This document shows, piece after piece, positions 37,359 to 50,970 of a DNA stretch of 64,000 bases. Origin of the DNA: Octopus bimaculoides (lineage: Eukaryota); the NCBI RefSeq assembly GCF_001194135.2, contig NC_068981.1, forward strand, positions 59,327,224 to 59,391,223. The letters run 5' to 3'. The notes below the pieces were generated by a model that worked only from the letters and a program-made list of their open reading frames with translations, had not been told where the DNA came from and did not search any database. Numbering within the stretch: the first letter of the stretch is position 1; every line of letters begins with the position of its first letter. Made by a program: the position numbers and the translations under genes.

Positions 37359-38760
37359 GTGTCTTACAGCTGTCTCTTGTCTCGTGTTACAGCTGTTTCG
37401 TGTCTTACAGCTGTTTCGTGTCTTACAGCTGGTGTATCCCAGGTAATGAATCAATGTGTTGGTCCACATTTCCATATGCTGGGTATTCCGTCATCAGAGT
37501 CAAAATATAAAGCGTATAGGTAACAGACTATATAGGCAGGTAACTTTTATGTGGAGATATAGAGAGAATTTGACGTAGAGAAATGCTTAGCGTTGTATGA
37601 AGTTCGAAGTTCGTTATGGCTCATACTTCATCATGTTCCGGAGGGTATGGAGGACCATTCATAATCTGGTTAAGGTGTGTTTTCGTTCGTATATTCCTAG
37701 GTATACGTAAGGCTATATTAATCTATAAAGATTATTCTTAATTAGTAATCCTTAATTTTTAAAATTCCCCTCTTTTAGCTCCCATTAGTGGTTGGTAAAC
37801 TACAACAGCATATTTCCTTCCGAATAGCCAAGACCGATTCTTATCTATTTGACTTTGTTCTCCTATTTTATTACTCTTACCTATTTCCTGGTAGATAACC
37901 TACTTCCATAATGTCATTTGCTCTATTTCTTGACTTTATCAATCCCTATAAACTTTCACTCCTATTCTACCTTGTCGAATGGCAATGCCAACTTGCTACT
38001 CATTCCAAAAACTACCAATGTCTCTTAACAGAATCTATTATCTATTCATTCTATCTCATTTATAAACCTACCCCTTCACTCAGCTCTACATATCTATTAT
38101 GACACCTTTGTATATCTAAACTGTCTTTCTCACACATAAATTTTTGCTGATTCTTCTCCCATTATCCGCGTGAATATGGAACTGCTAGAACTACGTTTCT
38201 CTTCTCTCAACTGGATACATTACCCAATATTCATTCTGAACTATGTATATACGTGAGGAAGCACACCTTCATGGGGATATGCATAAGCCGCCATACACTT
38301 CTGAACATGATGAACTATTAGCTACAACGAACCTTGAACTTCATACATTGCTAGGGATTTCTCTACGTCAAATACTCTTTACATCTCCACATAAATGTTT
38401 CCTGTTTGTATATTATCTAACATATACGCCTTATATTTTGACTCTGACGACCCAGTATATAGAAATTCGGATAAACACATTGATCCATTACCTGGAATAA
38501 ATCAGAAAGAGCTGTAACACACTATTATTTCTATTTTTGCTTACTTAGCTTCAGCATTAACCTAATTTCAATGAACTGATAAGCTTGTCCTGCTTTGATT
38601 TTGTTTTCCTCTTCTTTCAATTATACCTTCTGACTCGAAGGTAGGCTGGGAATCGTCGGTTTTCTCTCTACTGGACTGTAGCTAACACAGCCCCAGTCCC
38701 CGTTGTGAATTTGGATCCTAATAGCTTATCAATTCCAGCACCCACACTGCATATCTATTA
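37359..38760 (+). mobile_element. Degraded PLE-like element with an inverted terminal segment (37430-37720 on - vs 38230-38525 on +)
   Basis: Shared blocks GAACATGATGAA, GAACTTCATAC, ATTTCTCTACGTCAAA, TATTTTGACTCTGAYGAC, ACACATTGAT in opposite orientation. Confidence 0.5.
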
Positions 38761-38785
38761 CTTTAGGTTACTAGTGACCTAAACT

Positions 38786-38900
38786 CTTCTTCTTCTTCTT
38801 CTTCTTCTTCTTCTTCTTCTTCTTCTTCTTCTTCTTCTTCTTCTTCTTCTTCTTCTTCTTCTTCTTCTTCTTCTTCTTCTTCTTCTTCTTCTTCTTCTTC
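38786..38900 (+). repeat. (TCT)n microsatellite
   Basis: Direct reading; explains the poly-Glu and poly-Lys ORF entries. Confidence 0.95.
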
Positions 38901-39552
38901 NNNNNNNNNNNNNNNNNNNNNNNNNNNNNNNNNNNNNNNNNNNNNNNNNNNNNNNNNNNNNNNNNNNNNNNNNNNNNNNNNNNNNNNNNNNNNNNNNNNN
39001 NNNNNNNNNNNNNNNNNNNNNNNNNNNNNNNNNNNNNNNNNNNNNNNNNNNNNNNNNNNNNNNNNNNNNNNNNNNNNNNNNNNNNNNNNNNNNNNNNNNN
39101 NNNNNNNNNNNNNNNNNNNNNNNNNNNNNNNNNNNNNNNNNNNNNNNNNNNNNNNNNNNNNNNNNNNNNNNNNNNNNNNNNNNNNNNNNNNNNNNNNNNN
39201 NNNNNNNNNNNNNNNNNNNNNNNNNNNNNNNNNNNNNNNNNNNNNNNNNNNNNNNNNNNNNNNNNNNNNNNNNNNNNNNNNNNNNNNNNNNNNNNNNNNN
39301 NNNNNNNNNNNNNNNNNNNNNNNNNNNNNNNNNNNNNNNNNNNNNNNNNNNNNNNNNNNNNNNNNNNNNNNNNNNNNNNNNNNNNNNNNNNNNNNNNNNN
39401 NNNNNNNNNNNNNNNNNNNNNNNNNNNNNNNNNNNNNNNNNNNNNNNNNNNNNNNNNNNNNNNNNNNNNNNNNNNNNNNNNNNNNNNNNNNNNNNNNNNN
39501 NNNNNNNNNNNNNNNNNNNNNNNNNNNNNNNNNNNNNNNNNNNNNNNNNNNN

Positions 39553-39588
<36 letters not shown>

Positions 39589-39658
39589 AATATCATCACG
39601 AGTGGTAAACGAATTATCAGCCGAACAGGCAAATTAATAAAATATACATAAAATATTA

Positions 39659-40051
39659 GATATGTACATATATACACAAGGGCACCACATGAGTACCTAT
39701 ATCGCTAAACAATATAAGTAAAAAATGCTTCTATACCATCGAATAGTCACAAGTCTATGGCATGGAGGCATGGTGAGGGAGAATATTAGTAATAATTTAG
39801 CTGGTAGACTTTCGCTGATGAGAAATCTGGCACCTATTTGGGGCTAAATTTCGAAACCGATACCACGTTAACCAGCATTTACTTGTTCTGACCTACTAGA
39901 GGTAAGGCATCATTATTGTTCACTGATATTTTTTCCTATCATGTCTGTAATAGATTTGTGACTATTCGATGGTATAGAAGCATTTTTTGACTTCTATTTT
40001 TTAGCAATGTAGGGACTCATGTGGTGCCCTTGTGTATATATGTACATATCT
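39659..40051. mobile_element. Fold-back element (inverted arms about 90-130 bp) with a hammerhead core in the loop; MITE or inverted PLE pseudo-LTR pair
   Basis: CACAAGGGCACCACATGAG..AAAAAATGCTTCTATACCATCGAATAGTCACAA is mirrored at 39950-40034. Confidence 0.8.
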
Positions 40052-40343
40052 GATATTGTGTGTATATTCTCTCTCTCTCTATATATATATGTGTGTATGT
40101 GTGTGTGTGTATACGTATATACACAATTACATACAAACACATTCATGCAGCACAAATATAATATAACGTTGAAAATAAATATAACATATACATATATACA
40201 CACACAAATATATATAAATATATATATAAATATATATATATATATACATATACTACGTACATACATACACAAATACATACATACTTACACATTTATGGAG
40301 CACAAATGAAGTGTAATGTTGAAAATATAACATACACATAGTT

Positions 40344-40400
40344 AAGGCGGTGCTCCAGCATGGCCGCAGTCAAATGATTGAAACAAGTAAAAGACTAAAA
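40344..40400 (+). mobile_element. SINE family A 3' end only
   Basis: AAGGCGGTGCTCCAGCATGGCCGCAGTCAAATGATTGAAACAAGTAAAAGA. Confidence 0.8.
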
Positions 40401-41289
40401 TAATAAAGAGAAATTGTACGTATACAAATAAAGATGATTTTACTCATATGTATAAAGATGATTGAATGGTTATCCTATACATTCTGTCGAACTAAGGGAT
40501 TAAAAGAACTTCTTCAAATATGCACACACACACATACACACAAACACACGAACACACAGACACACATACACATACACAAACACGCACACAATCACACACA
40601 CACACACACAAACACAAACACACACACATACACATGTACACAATTGAATGGAAAACTATGGCAGATTATTTCTTAGACGTCTTCACAAGAAAGGCATTGA
40701 ATTCTGAGACATTCAAAAACCATAAGATTCCTGTTTAATAATCTTTATTGCAAATATACAGAACAATACAATGACAAACACATCTGTTTATATATATATA
40801 AATGGTAAACATCATTTAATATAAATATTAAGAATACAAGCATAGCTCGGTCAGCCAGAAAAAGAGCGAACTATATTTCAAATCAAATTGCGCGGAAGCA
40901 CATACATAAGAGAGCGCAGCCATGGGAAAAATTCCATTGATTTTAAGTTGTACTTAACAAAGGTTAAATGAATTGCAAACAGAAATATATATATAAAACA
41001 AATAAACAAACAAAGACGACGTGAAATTTGAAATTCTAATTGAGGAGTTAATTTCGTTTTTTATTTCTCTCTAGACAATTAGGAAAAAACTGCGGTTAAT
41101 TATGTATAATATATCATATCCCCTTATCAAAGCCACTATGTATTTTATTAATTCATACTCACTACTTGCTACTTTGTATGCCTGGTGGAACGGTGCTGGC
41201 CTTCTCGAAATAAGTTGATCGACTAGTTCTGAACTTATATATTATACATGTCTAAGTAAACTTAACTAAACAATTCTGATAAAAGTAAA

Positions 41290-41930
41290 AATGCTTCAGG
41301 AAGATACGCTTTCTCCTTTTTTTCTTTGTGATTGTGGTGGATTACATTCTTAATCCATGCCTTGACTCTATTCATGTCAAATGCCTTGCTTCAAAGAGAA
41401 ATTCAAGACCTCAACAAAGCCTGTAACTCTCTACCGATGACACAGATGACCCTTTTCTCACAGCTCATCAACAGTATGATGTATAAAAACATGTTATCAT
41501 CTCTTTAGAGTGCAGCAGTCAAAGTTGGCCTCTTTCCCAATGCCAAGCAAAGTGAATAAATGACCATTAATGAAGGTGAAATACACCTTCGAAATTGTTC
41601 TAACGCTGTCACACAAATTAAGGCGGTCAGTAACTTCAAGTACCTTGGTTTCTATGTTTCTGACTGTAAAAAAGACAAAACCAAATAGGAGTTTTATAAA
41701 GACTTTTACTTTCCTGACCATTGCTATCATGCTGAACTTCAGGCAGTCTGAGATGTTATATCTCAGAGACTTCAGCACATTAATGAAGAAAAAGATAATT
41801 GAAAAACATTGATATTACTAGCACATACAGACAACATGAAATTGAAGATATACCAGAGCTAATGAGAGAGATATTGTTGGTGTAGCATCTCGATTGCAAC
41901 TCGATTGCAACCACTTGAAGAAGATGGAAT
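41290..41930 (+). mobile_element. RTE-clade LINE RT remnant
   Basis: MLQEDTLSPFF..VIVVDYIL (cf. GVLQGDTLAPFLFVIVVDY), LESAAVKVGLFPNAKQSE, SNFKYLGFYVS. Confidence 0.7.
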
Positions 41931-44060
41931 ATAATTAGTTGTTTCTATTTTCATTTGTTACTGCACAGTTCTGCCTATAACAAAACATTTATTAGTTATA
42001 TCTACATACCGTGAGTGTCATTTAAACCGAGAGCATACACAGAAGTGTTATATCCCTTCCATGGAAGTGTTTCAGTTTCAACATGTTATCTCATAGTCAA
42101 TCATTCACAAAAAAACAAATCAACAAGCAATCCAAAAGGTGTTATATTACAAATAAATTTACGTTTATCAAGTGAAACGAAAGTAAAAGCTGCGAAAAAT
42201 CGGAAATCTTTAATATGTTAAATCTAGAGAGCAATCCCACGGTCGATCAGTCTTCTAGAAATAACCAGCAAATTCCCTTCAAAACAAACATTACTAAATG
42301 AGCGAAGAGAGGAATCATTGGATTTTACCCTGGATACATTTTCTGAAAATACATTGGAAGTATCATGGCTAGATCATTATGATTAGAGGCCTGTTTAACA
42401 AGAGCTTTTCCCGCGTTAAGTAGATAAGAAAAGAAAGTCGTACAATATTGAGATGCACACACCATAGTACTTCCTCTTTTAATAGATTATACCATTTTTA
42501 TTCATGACTTTGATGCTACTTATACTAAAAATATCAAGATTGCAAGAGCTATTGAAGAAAGTGAAAGACTATTTGGGATTTATAATGTAAACCCTTCCTC
42601 AAAAGTATATGATAAAATAGATTTTAGGCTTTAAGATATCAAAGACATTAATGGAAATTAATTTCTCAGTTTAATACTCATATACGCCAAGGAATCGATT
42701 TGGAAATAATATTTGAGTTATTCAATCTGGGTTAGATTCTAACATAGCTGAGTTTTTTTAAAACAGTATATTAAGCAATTACACATCAATTGTCCAAAGT
42801 TAAACTCAAACAGTTCCTAAATATATTTTATTTATACTTGTACATTCTCATATACACACACCCCATATACACTCACATGCACATATTTAGGCACAACACA
42901 GACACACTCACACACAGACACACGTATGTATAGTGAGAAACATAGAAAGCATATCTTATATTTATAGAACATCATGGATACATATGTTTCAATCAGTAGA
43001 TCCCATATCTTCAGGACGTCGACAACATATACAAATATTAATTTGTATATGTAAAATACGCATAGACGAAACGGTACCACAAACAAGAAATATCAATAAC
43101 AGATGCATGTGCACACTGTCATCCAATCATTGCGACCATCTTTCTCAACGATAATATTCATTCATGTATACAAGGGCAGACATTAGGCTAAAGTATAACA
43201 TCCTTAAAGTATATTGGACNNNNNNNNNNNNNNNNNNNNNNNNNNNNNNNNNNNNNNNNNNNNNNNNNNNNNNNNNNNNNNNNNNNNNNNNNNNNNNNNN
43301 NNNNNNNNNNNNNNNNNNNNNNNNNNNNNNNNNNNNNNNNNNNNNNNNNNNNNNNNNNNNNNNNNNNNNNNNNNNNNNNNNNNNNNNNNNNNNNNNNNNN
43401 NNNNNNNNNNNNNNNNNNNNNNNNNNNNNNNNNNNNNNNNNNNNNNNNNNNNNNNNNNNNNNNNNNNNNNNNNNNNNNNNNNNNNNNNNNNNNNNNNNNN
43501 NNNNNNNNNNNNNNNNNNNNNNNNNNNNNNNNNNNNNNNNNNNNNNNNNNNNNNNNNNNNNNNNNNNNNNNNNNNNNNNNNNNNNNNNNNNNNNNNNNNN
43601 NNNNNNNNNNNNNNNNNNNNNNNNNNNNNNNNNNNNNNNNNNNNNNNNNNNNNNNNNNNNNNNNNNNNNNNNNNNNNNNNNNNNNNNNNNNNNNNNNNNN
43701 NNNNNNNNNNNNNNNNNNNNNNNNNNNNNNNNNNNNNNNNNNNNNNNNNNNNNNNNNNNNNNNNNNNNNNNNNNNNNNNNNNNNNNNNNNNNNNNNNNNN
43801 NNNNNNNNNNNNNNNNNNNNNNNNNNNNNNNNNNNNNNNNNNNNNNNNNNNNNNNNNNNNNNNNNNNNNNNNNNNNNNNNNNNNNNNNNNNNNNNNNNNN
43901 NNNNNNNNNNNNNNNNNNNNNNNNNNNNNNNNNNNNNNNNNNNNNNNNNNNNNNNNNNNNNNNNNNNNNNNNNNNNNNNNNNNNNNNNNNNNNNNNNNNN
44001 NNNNNNNNNNNNNNNNNNNNNNNNNNNNNNNNNNNNNNNNNNNNNNNNNNNNNNNNNNNN

Positions 44061-44425
44061 TAATATACATCTGGAAGATCCTGGAAGGAATTGTACCAAA
44101 TTTTGGCATTGAAAGCTACACAAATGCCAGAACGGGACGACACTGCATAGTGCCAAAGACCCCAGCAATGCCATCGCGCTTCAGGACCAGTTACTGCAAC
44201 AGTTTGGGTTTCAGGGGCCCACAGCTTTTTAATATTCTCCCAAAGAGCCTGAGGAACCTGCACAAAGTAGATGTAGGGGTTTTTAAATCAAAGCTGGACC
44301 TCTTCCTGTCGAGAGTCCCAGATGAACCTACCTCGCGGGAGGAGGTGCAAATGAGGGTTGCTAAATCAAACTCCATTCTTCACCAAGTGCCACATATTGT
44401 AAGAGGCTCCCATGGCCGCAGCTCT
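44061..44425 (+). mobile_element. CR1/L2-group LINE ORF2 C-terminus
   Basis: IYIWKILEGIVPN..NSLGFRGPQLFNILPKSLRN..VFKSKLDLFLSRVPDEP; upstream part lost in the gap. Confidence 0.8.
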
Positions 44426-45199
44426 AAGCTGAAACTATAAAAAAAAATATACGAACGTATGCATACAGATATACGCACGTATGCACACGACCCGTTTAAA
44501 TTGCCCGCCTAAAAACTCCTTGTGCGATATGTTCAGAATACCACCGCAGTGAATATAATGACGAAATAAATATATAAATTTATATAAAAAAAGGATAAGA
44601 TCTTATCCTTTTATATGAAAGAAGGTTTGAAAATGCAATTTTAAAGATGTTTATTCACTTGACCGGTTTCACTTTTATAGAAAAAGATTGTCAAACGTAA
44701 AATGTAAAGCTTTGTATAAGCTTTGTTGTGTTAAGTACTGGTTATCACAAAAATACTAAAATACATATATACATTCTTTGATAATAATAAGAAACTGTTA
44801 AAAAACATTTTACAAGAGAGTATTCAACAAAAAGTATAGGAGTTCAATAAAAATCCTGTTTGTTTGATAGTATATCAAACAGGAGATATATTTTAGAATT
44901 TACAAAAAATTGGAGAGGAACCAACCTGTCCTTTTAACAAGTTTTCTCTCTTGTGTGTAGCTAGGGAATGTTTGCTATTTTAAGGAACAGTGTGGGAGGT
45001 TGGTTGGGGTGGGGTGGGGAAGGAAGAGCAATGTAGAATTAAAAGGATTTTTTGTTTCTAGGCTAGTCTATCATGGTTCAGTGGTTTTTGGGACTGGTCT
45101 TAGAGGTCAGAATGGTGTGAGTGTGTGTTTCTAGAATGAGAACCATGTGCAGCCTATGGGCTGAAGCACATACATACATACATACATACATACATACTT

Positions 45200-45660
45200 G
45201 CATACACGTAAAGAGGACTTAATCCACCTGCCATCTCTCTCTGCCCTTCACTTAGACTCTATCACTGCATAGCTCACACTCTTTTATTCATTACCCTCTC
45301 ATCTCTTTATACGATCATATCTTTCTCTCTCTCTCTCTCACCTCTCCATTCCTTCTATCAATATATCCTGACTGACCACTAGCCAGTACACTTTCCTTAT
45401 CTTCACTTCTTTATCATCTCTCTCCCCGCTTTTCCCTTTTTTCCTCTCTTCTGTGAAATCTTTCACAGCCTTGGATTTTTATCTCATTCTGTTAAATTTT
45501 TTTATATATATGCATTCTAATATATGACCTACGTTGGACTCCTCATTCGCATAATCACCGAACCTAGAGCTTAACTATAGTCTGTCCATAGCACTTACTC
45601 ACCATTACCTGACACCTTTGGGTCTTTTTGACATAATCAACTCTCATAACCTATATATAT
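45200..45660 (+). mobile_element. PLE-like tail/pseudo-LTR fragment related to 19335-19500 and 30250-30460
   Basis: Shared CTCACACTCTTTTATTC..TACCCTCTC, CTGACCACTAGC and CATAATCACCGAA blocks. Confidence 0.5.
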
Positions 45661-48569
45661 ATATATATATATNNNNNNNNNNNNNNNNNNNNNNNNNNNN
45701 NNNNNNNNNNNNNNNNNNNNNNNNNNNNNNNNNNNNNNNNNNNNNNNNNNNNNNNNNNNNNNNNNNNNNNNNNNNNNNNNNNNNNNNNNNNNNNNNNNNN
45801 NNNNNNNNNNNNNNNNNNNNNNNNNNNNNNNNNNNNNNNNNNNNNNNNNNNNNNNNNNNNNNNNNNNNNNNNNNNNNNNNNNNNNNNNNNNNNNNNNNNN
45901 NNNNNNNNNNNNNNNNNNNNNNNNNNNNNNNNNNNNNNNNNNNNNNNNNNNNNNNNNNNNNNNNNNNNNNNNNNNNNNNNNNNNNNNNNNNNNNNNNNNN
46001 NNNNNNNNNNNNNNNNNNNNNNNNNNNNNNNNNNNNNNNNNNNNNNNNNNNNNNNNNNNNNNNNNNNNNNNNNNNNNNNNNNNNNNNNNNNNNNNNNNNN
46101 NNNNNNNNNNNNNNNNNNNNNNNNNNNNNNNNNNNNNNNNNNNNNNNNNNNNNNNNNNNNNNNNNNNNNNNNNNNNNNNNNNNNNNNNNNNNNNNNNNNN
46201 NNNNNNNNNNNNNNNNNNNNNNNNNNNNNNNNNNNNNNNNNNNNNNNNNNNNNNNNNNNNNNNNNNNNNNNNNNNNNNNNNNNNNNNNNNNNNNNNNNNN
46301 NNNNNNNNNNNNNNNNNNNNNNNNNNNNNNNNNNNNNNNNNNNNNNNNNNNNNNNNNNNNNNNNNNNNNNNNNNNNNNNNNNNNNNNNNNNNNNNNNNNN
46401 NNNNNNNNNNNNNNNNNNNNNNNNNNNNNNNNNNNNNNNNNNNNNNNNNNNNNNNNNNNNNNNNNNNNNNNNNNNNNNNNNNNNNNNNNNNNNNNNNNNN
46501 NNNNNNNNNNNNNNNNNNNNNNNNNNNNNNNNNNNNNNNNNNNNNNNNNNNNNNNNNNNNNNNNNNNNNNNNNNNNNNNNNNNNNNNNNNNNNNNNNNNN
46601 NNNNNNNNNNNNNNNNNATATATATATATGTATATATGCACTTAAATATTAAGTATATATATATATCAAAATAAACAACATAATTAAGAGCACCTACGCT
46701 TCAAGAATGTTTTCTGTCTGAAAAAGTAAAAAATTATTAAAGAGCATACATCAATTATTAAGTTTGTCGAACTTCACGTAAGATACAATTAAAATACTAT
46801 GATAAAATTGCGTATCAAAAGACAACACTTAGAGCGGCCATTATTTTCGGAACAACCTAATAATTTGACTCTTTTGACAAAGCGGAAGACAATTCTCAAC
46901 ATGTTTCGTTTGTAATCGTTACGACTTCATCATTGTAGCATAGAAGGCACACACTTGCGTAGACTGTGACGGAAGAATTACTACTGAAATAAACGAGAAT
47001 CTAAACTGATCCAAACTGTTATAAATATTTATTTCTCATTTATCTATCAACTGGATGCATCCCACAGCCATCAGATCTCAACCTAGTCAACAATAATCTA
47101 TCAGCTCATGCTAATCAACTTTGAATTATATTTTTCCTTTCAGAAATGTAATGATTAGTTCATCCAAAGTATGATCTTACGTCTTTTAATTTTTATCCAG
47201 TAAATATTTTCATTTCGTATGTGTCAATACCTCCGGGTCGACAAACCTGATGAACTCATGAAAGTATACACTAATACCGAATTAGACATTTTATATCATG
47301 GTATTTTGAAGAAATCCTTCATCGAAGAAATATCTGTCACTTCATTTTTCGTATCAAACATTACAATTTGTGTTAGATATTAAGGAAAAAATCGAAGAAC
47401 TTTTTAATACCACAACATAAGAAGAACGTTATTATGCTATAAGTATACAGTTAGATATATAATAGAAAGTAACATAGCGGCATAAGCTATTCTAAATGCA
47501 TTCAAGCGAAATAACATTTTCCTGATATTGAATATTAATCATATTTTACATTCTAAGAGAGGACAAGTGCACTTACATACACGCTATGATGTTACTCTGT
47601 TTCCCTAATTATTCGCCATCAGTAAAAATATAAATGTTTTCGATCGTAACAATGTATAGAACTTTCTTCCAATTTCGCCCAAATTCGAGTACTATTGATT
47701 CTTTTAGTGAATGCATCTAATGTGGTTTTATACTTTTGTACAGTTCAATCCCCCTTATCTTTAGCTATAGAACTGATCAGGAAAACAGCTTTGGTGTCAG
47801 TACAAACAGTGTAATTATATCAAATATGCAATAAAATATAATTGTGCGTAACTTCATGATAATGTTCAGTAACTCTTGTAACTAACATTCATCAAGTCAT
47901 AACTATAACTTATCCGCTACGAAACGGATAGATGCGAAAGACTTGATGTTTTTGATATATCAAAAAGTTGCTGAAAATATATTTCTCTCTTCTGCTTTCT
48001 GAAATACGACCATTTGCAATTATACTAAATCAATTACATGTAAAACTGCAGTTAAGCAAACGAGTAAGGGTTCATTACTTGAATGTTCATCGAACAAACT
48101 TGTTTCATTTGTTTATTACATATACAATTGAATATGTTTGTAAACCTAAGAAAGAGAAAGATAACGACATGGAATTCAATCGTAACATTTTCTGTCTACA
48201 CGTATACATACGTAGCTACAAGTTGCGTAATTGGCGTGGAAGACTACTAATCGAAATACAATAAATAGTATCTATAACTTTGAAGCCACAACTATCAGCC
48301 CTATTAAATAACATGTTATTCTTCAGATGAATTAACTGAGGGAGACTTGTATTTAAATTCGTAGTTATTTTCTACTGAAACTTACTTTATCATGTAGAGA
48401 ATTACTACAAACAACATGGCTGGATACGACAGCATCAACAGCAAAACGACAGAGGGACAGAACGAAAACAACAACGCAACAAGTTAGCAGATTCTTTCAA
48501 ACTGTAGTTATAGAAGAAACCGTAACTATAAAACACATTTTACTTGAAGTTATGAATTGAATACTGATT

Positions 48570-48604
<35 letters not shown>

Positions 48605-48658
<54 letters not shown>

Positions 48659-48870
48659 CTTTGTGTCTGTGGTTGTCACCCCGCCATAGCTTGACAATCG
48701 GGGTTGGTGTATTTGCGTGCCGATAACTTAGCGGTCCTGCAATAAATCCGATAGAATAAGTACTAGTCTTAAAAAAAGTACTGGAGTTGATTCATTGAAC
48801 TAAAATTCTCCAAGGTGGTGCCCCAGCATGGCTATAGTCTAATGACTGAAACAAAAATAAAAGATGAAAG
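48605..48870 (+). mobile_element. SINE family A, 3' half starting in (TA)n(TG)n
   Basis: CTTGACAATCGG..GATAGAATAAGTACTAG..GGTGGTGCCCCAGCATGG..AATGACTGAAACA. Confidence 0.85.
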
Positions 48871-49270
48871 ATACAACTATAATTACAATATGCCATTTTT
48901 AAGTAATATCTGCTAACACTTCAAGTCCTATATACATATATATGAATGCAGATTTGTCTGTTCATATTTGAATACGACTTTACTTATCTGCTCTTGACTG
49001 TCTGTGGGTAAGCGAGATTATACGTATGCGTACGTATGTGTGTATGCGTGTCAATGTATACAGACGTTTACAACTCCGTTTGTTCATTGTATGTATTAAT
49101 AACCACTGTGTGTGTGAGAGACTATTCGTTTTGATATTTTTAAAATGTGTTCAGCGTTCATAGTTTAAAACTCATTGTAAACGAATGTACCTTCTTAACA
49201 CAAATTTTGATTTATTTGCTTATCTTTCTACTTGCTAGTTTTTATCTATGTACGTGTGCATATGCATATA

Positions 49271-50970
49271 TACGCAGGCTCTATAGTGGCAACCATGACT
49301 TTGAGACTCAGTCTCAACTCATGGCTCGCCACTTCATCCTACGTGGATATCCCCTCATCACTATCCACACCTTGCCAGAGCACGTTCCGTGGACCATGCA
49401 TCTTTCTCCCCCCGAACCCGCCCTGCCGTCTCCCGCCCTGCCGTCTCCCNNNNNNNNNNNNNNNNNNNNNNNNNNNNNNNNNNNNNNNNNNNNNNNNNNN
49501 NNNNNNNNNNNNNNNNNNNNNNNNNNNNNNNNNNNNNNNNNNNNNNNNNNNNNNNNNNNNNNNNNNNNNNNNNNNNNNNNNNNNNNNNNNNNNNNNNNNN
49601 NNNNNNNNNNNNNNNNNNNNNNNNNNNNNNNNNNNNNNNNNNNNNNNNNNNNNNNNNNNNNNNNNNNNNNNNNNNNNNNNNNNNNNNNNNNNNNNNNNNN
49701 NNNNNNNNNNNNNNNNNNNNNNNNNNNNNNNNNNNNNNNNNNNNNNNNNNNNNNNNNNNNNNNNNNNNNNNNNNNNNNNNNNNNNNNNNNNNNNNNNNNN
49801 NNNNNNNNNNNNNNNNNNNNNNNNNNNNNNNNNNNNNNNNNNNNNNNNNNNNNNNNNNNNNNNNNNNNNNNNNNNNNNNNNNNNNNNNNNNNNNNNNNNN
49901 NNNNNNNNNNNNNNNNNNNNNNNNNNNNNNNNNNNNNNNNNNNNNNNNNNNNNNNNNNNNNNNNNCTGGTTCGCCTAAGAAATTACACCTCGGTGTCACG
50001 CCATTTTCGCTCTACCGGTTACTCTTTGCAACACCTGTCCTTGTTCAGATTGTCCTTGCACAGGGGTCATCCGGACTCCCGTTTGCACCGTGAACAGGGA
50101 TTAATCTTCTCTCTTCGCTCCTTTGCGCCACACGGACTCAACTCTCCTCCCCTCTTCATCTAACCTCTCCCCTTGCCTCTCTCATCTCACTGCCTCTCTC
50201 CCCCTCTCCGCTCCCTCCTACTTCATCCCACCCACCTTTCCTCTCTTGCTCAGACTCCTACTTCTCTTTACTTCTCTTCACTCCTACTTCTCTTCACCAG
50301 TACTCTCTTTCTCGCTTCTCTCTTCTCTCTTTCTCTGTTCTCTCTTTCTCTCTTCTCTCATACCCATCTTCCCCTTCCCCCTTCATTGTTAACCCTCCCT
50401 CATAAGTCAACCCCACCCCTACACACTCCTACCCCACCTTCCCATTCCTTCCCATACCACCCCATCCCACCCTAACCCANNNNNNNNNNCTCCCACGCCT
50501 CCCAACACCATCACACCACACCACGCTACACCATACCACACAACACATGACATCACAACACACCACCACGCACACACCAACACTGACCAGTTCCCATCCC
50601 CATATTTTCACACCTTCACTCCTTCACACCTACATAAACACACGCTTACGTTAAGATAACCAGCATTCTCTCACACACACACGCACCTTCGTTTTGGGAT
50701 CACTACTACTTTGTTATCTCCTCTTCTTCTTAACTCTGCTGTGTGACCCTTCTGTCCGGCATTCGCCATGATAGATCGCTGACCACTACAGACACTTTTT
50801 TCTCCCCTTGTTTCTCTCCTTGTTTCTTTCCGTGTTCCTTTCTGCAGAAGAGCGAAGGCTCGAAACGTTAAAAACTTTCTAAATTGCCGAGCGTTATACT
50901 AATACATCTATTTGGTTTCAACACCCCCGTCTTCGTCTTTTGTTTGTTTTGAGAATTCTCCCTATATATA
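49271..50970 (+). mobile_element. Second copy of the 34905-36647 Penelope-like family (middle lies in an N gap)
   Basis: RRLYSGNHDFETQSQLMARHFILRGYP..SVSRHFRSTGYSLQHLSLF..REQGLIFSLRSFAPHGLN; same pseudo-LTR, with an HHR-like motif at 50837-50873. Confidence 0.9.

Noticed and set aside
37359-37431. CRISPR-like short direct repeats
   Set aside because: No spacers, 18-bp units, eukaryotic context and no cas genes
37455-37503. Hammerhead at CTGATGA (minus) and its mirror CTGACGA at about 38443
   Set aside because: Core words are present but stems I and III do not pair
43145-46652. Long ORF-track entries (300-560 aa) here and at 38763-39677 and 60576-62296
   Set aside because: They are mostly N gaps and microsatellites; only the LINE and PLE fragments at their edges are real
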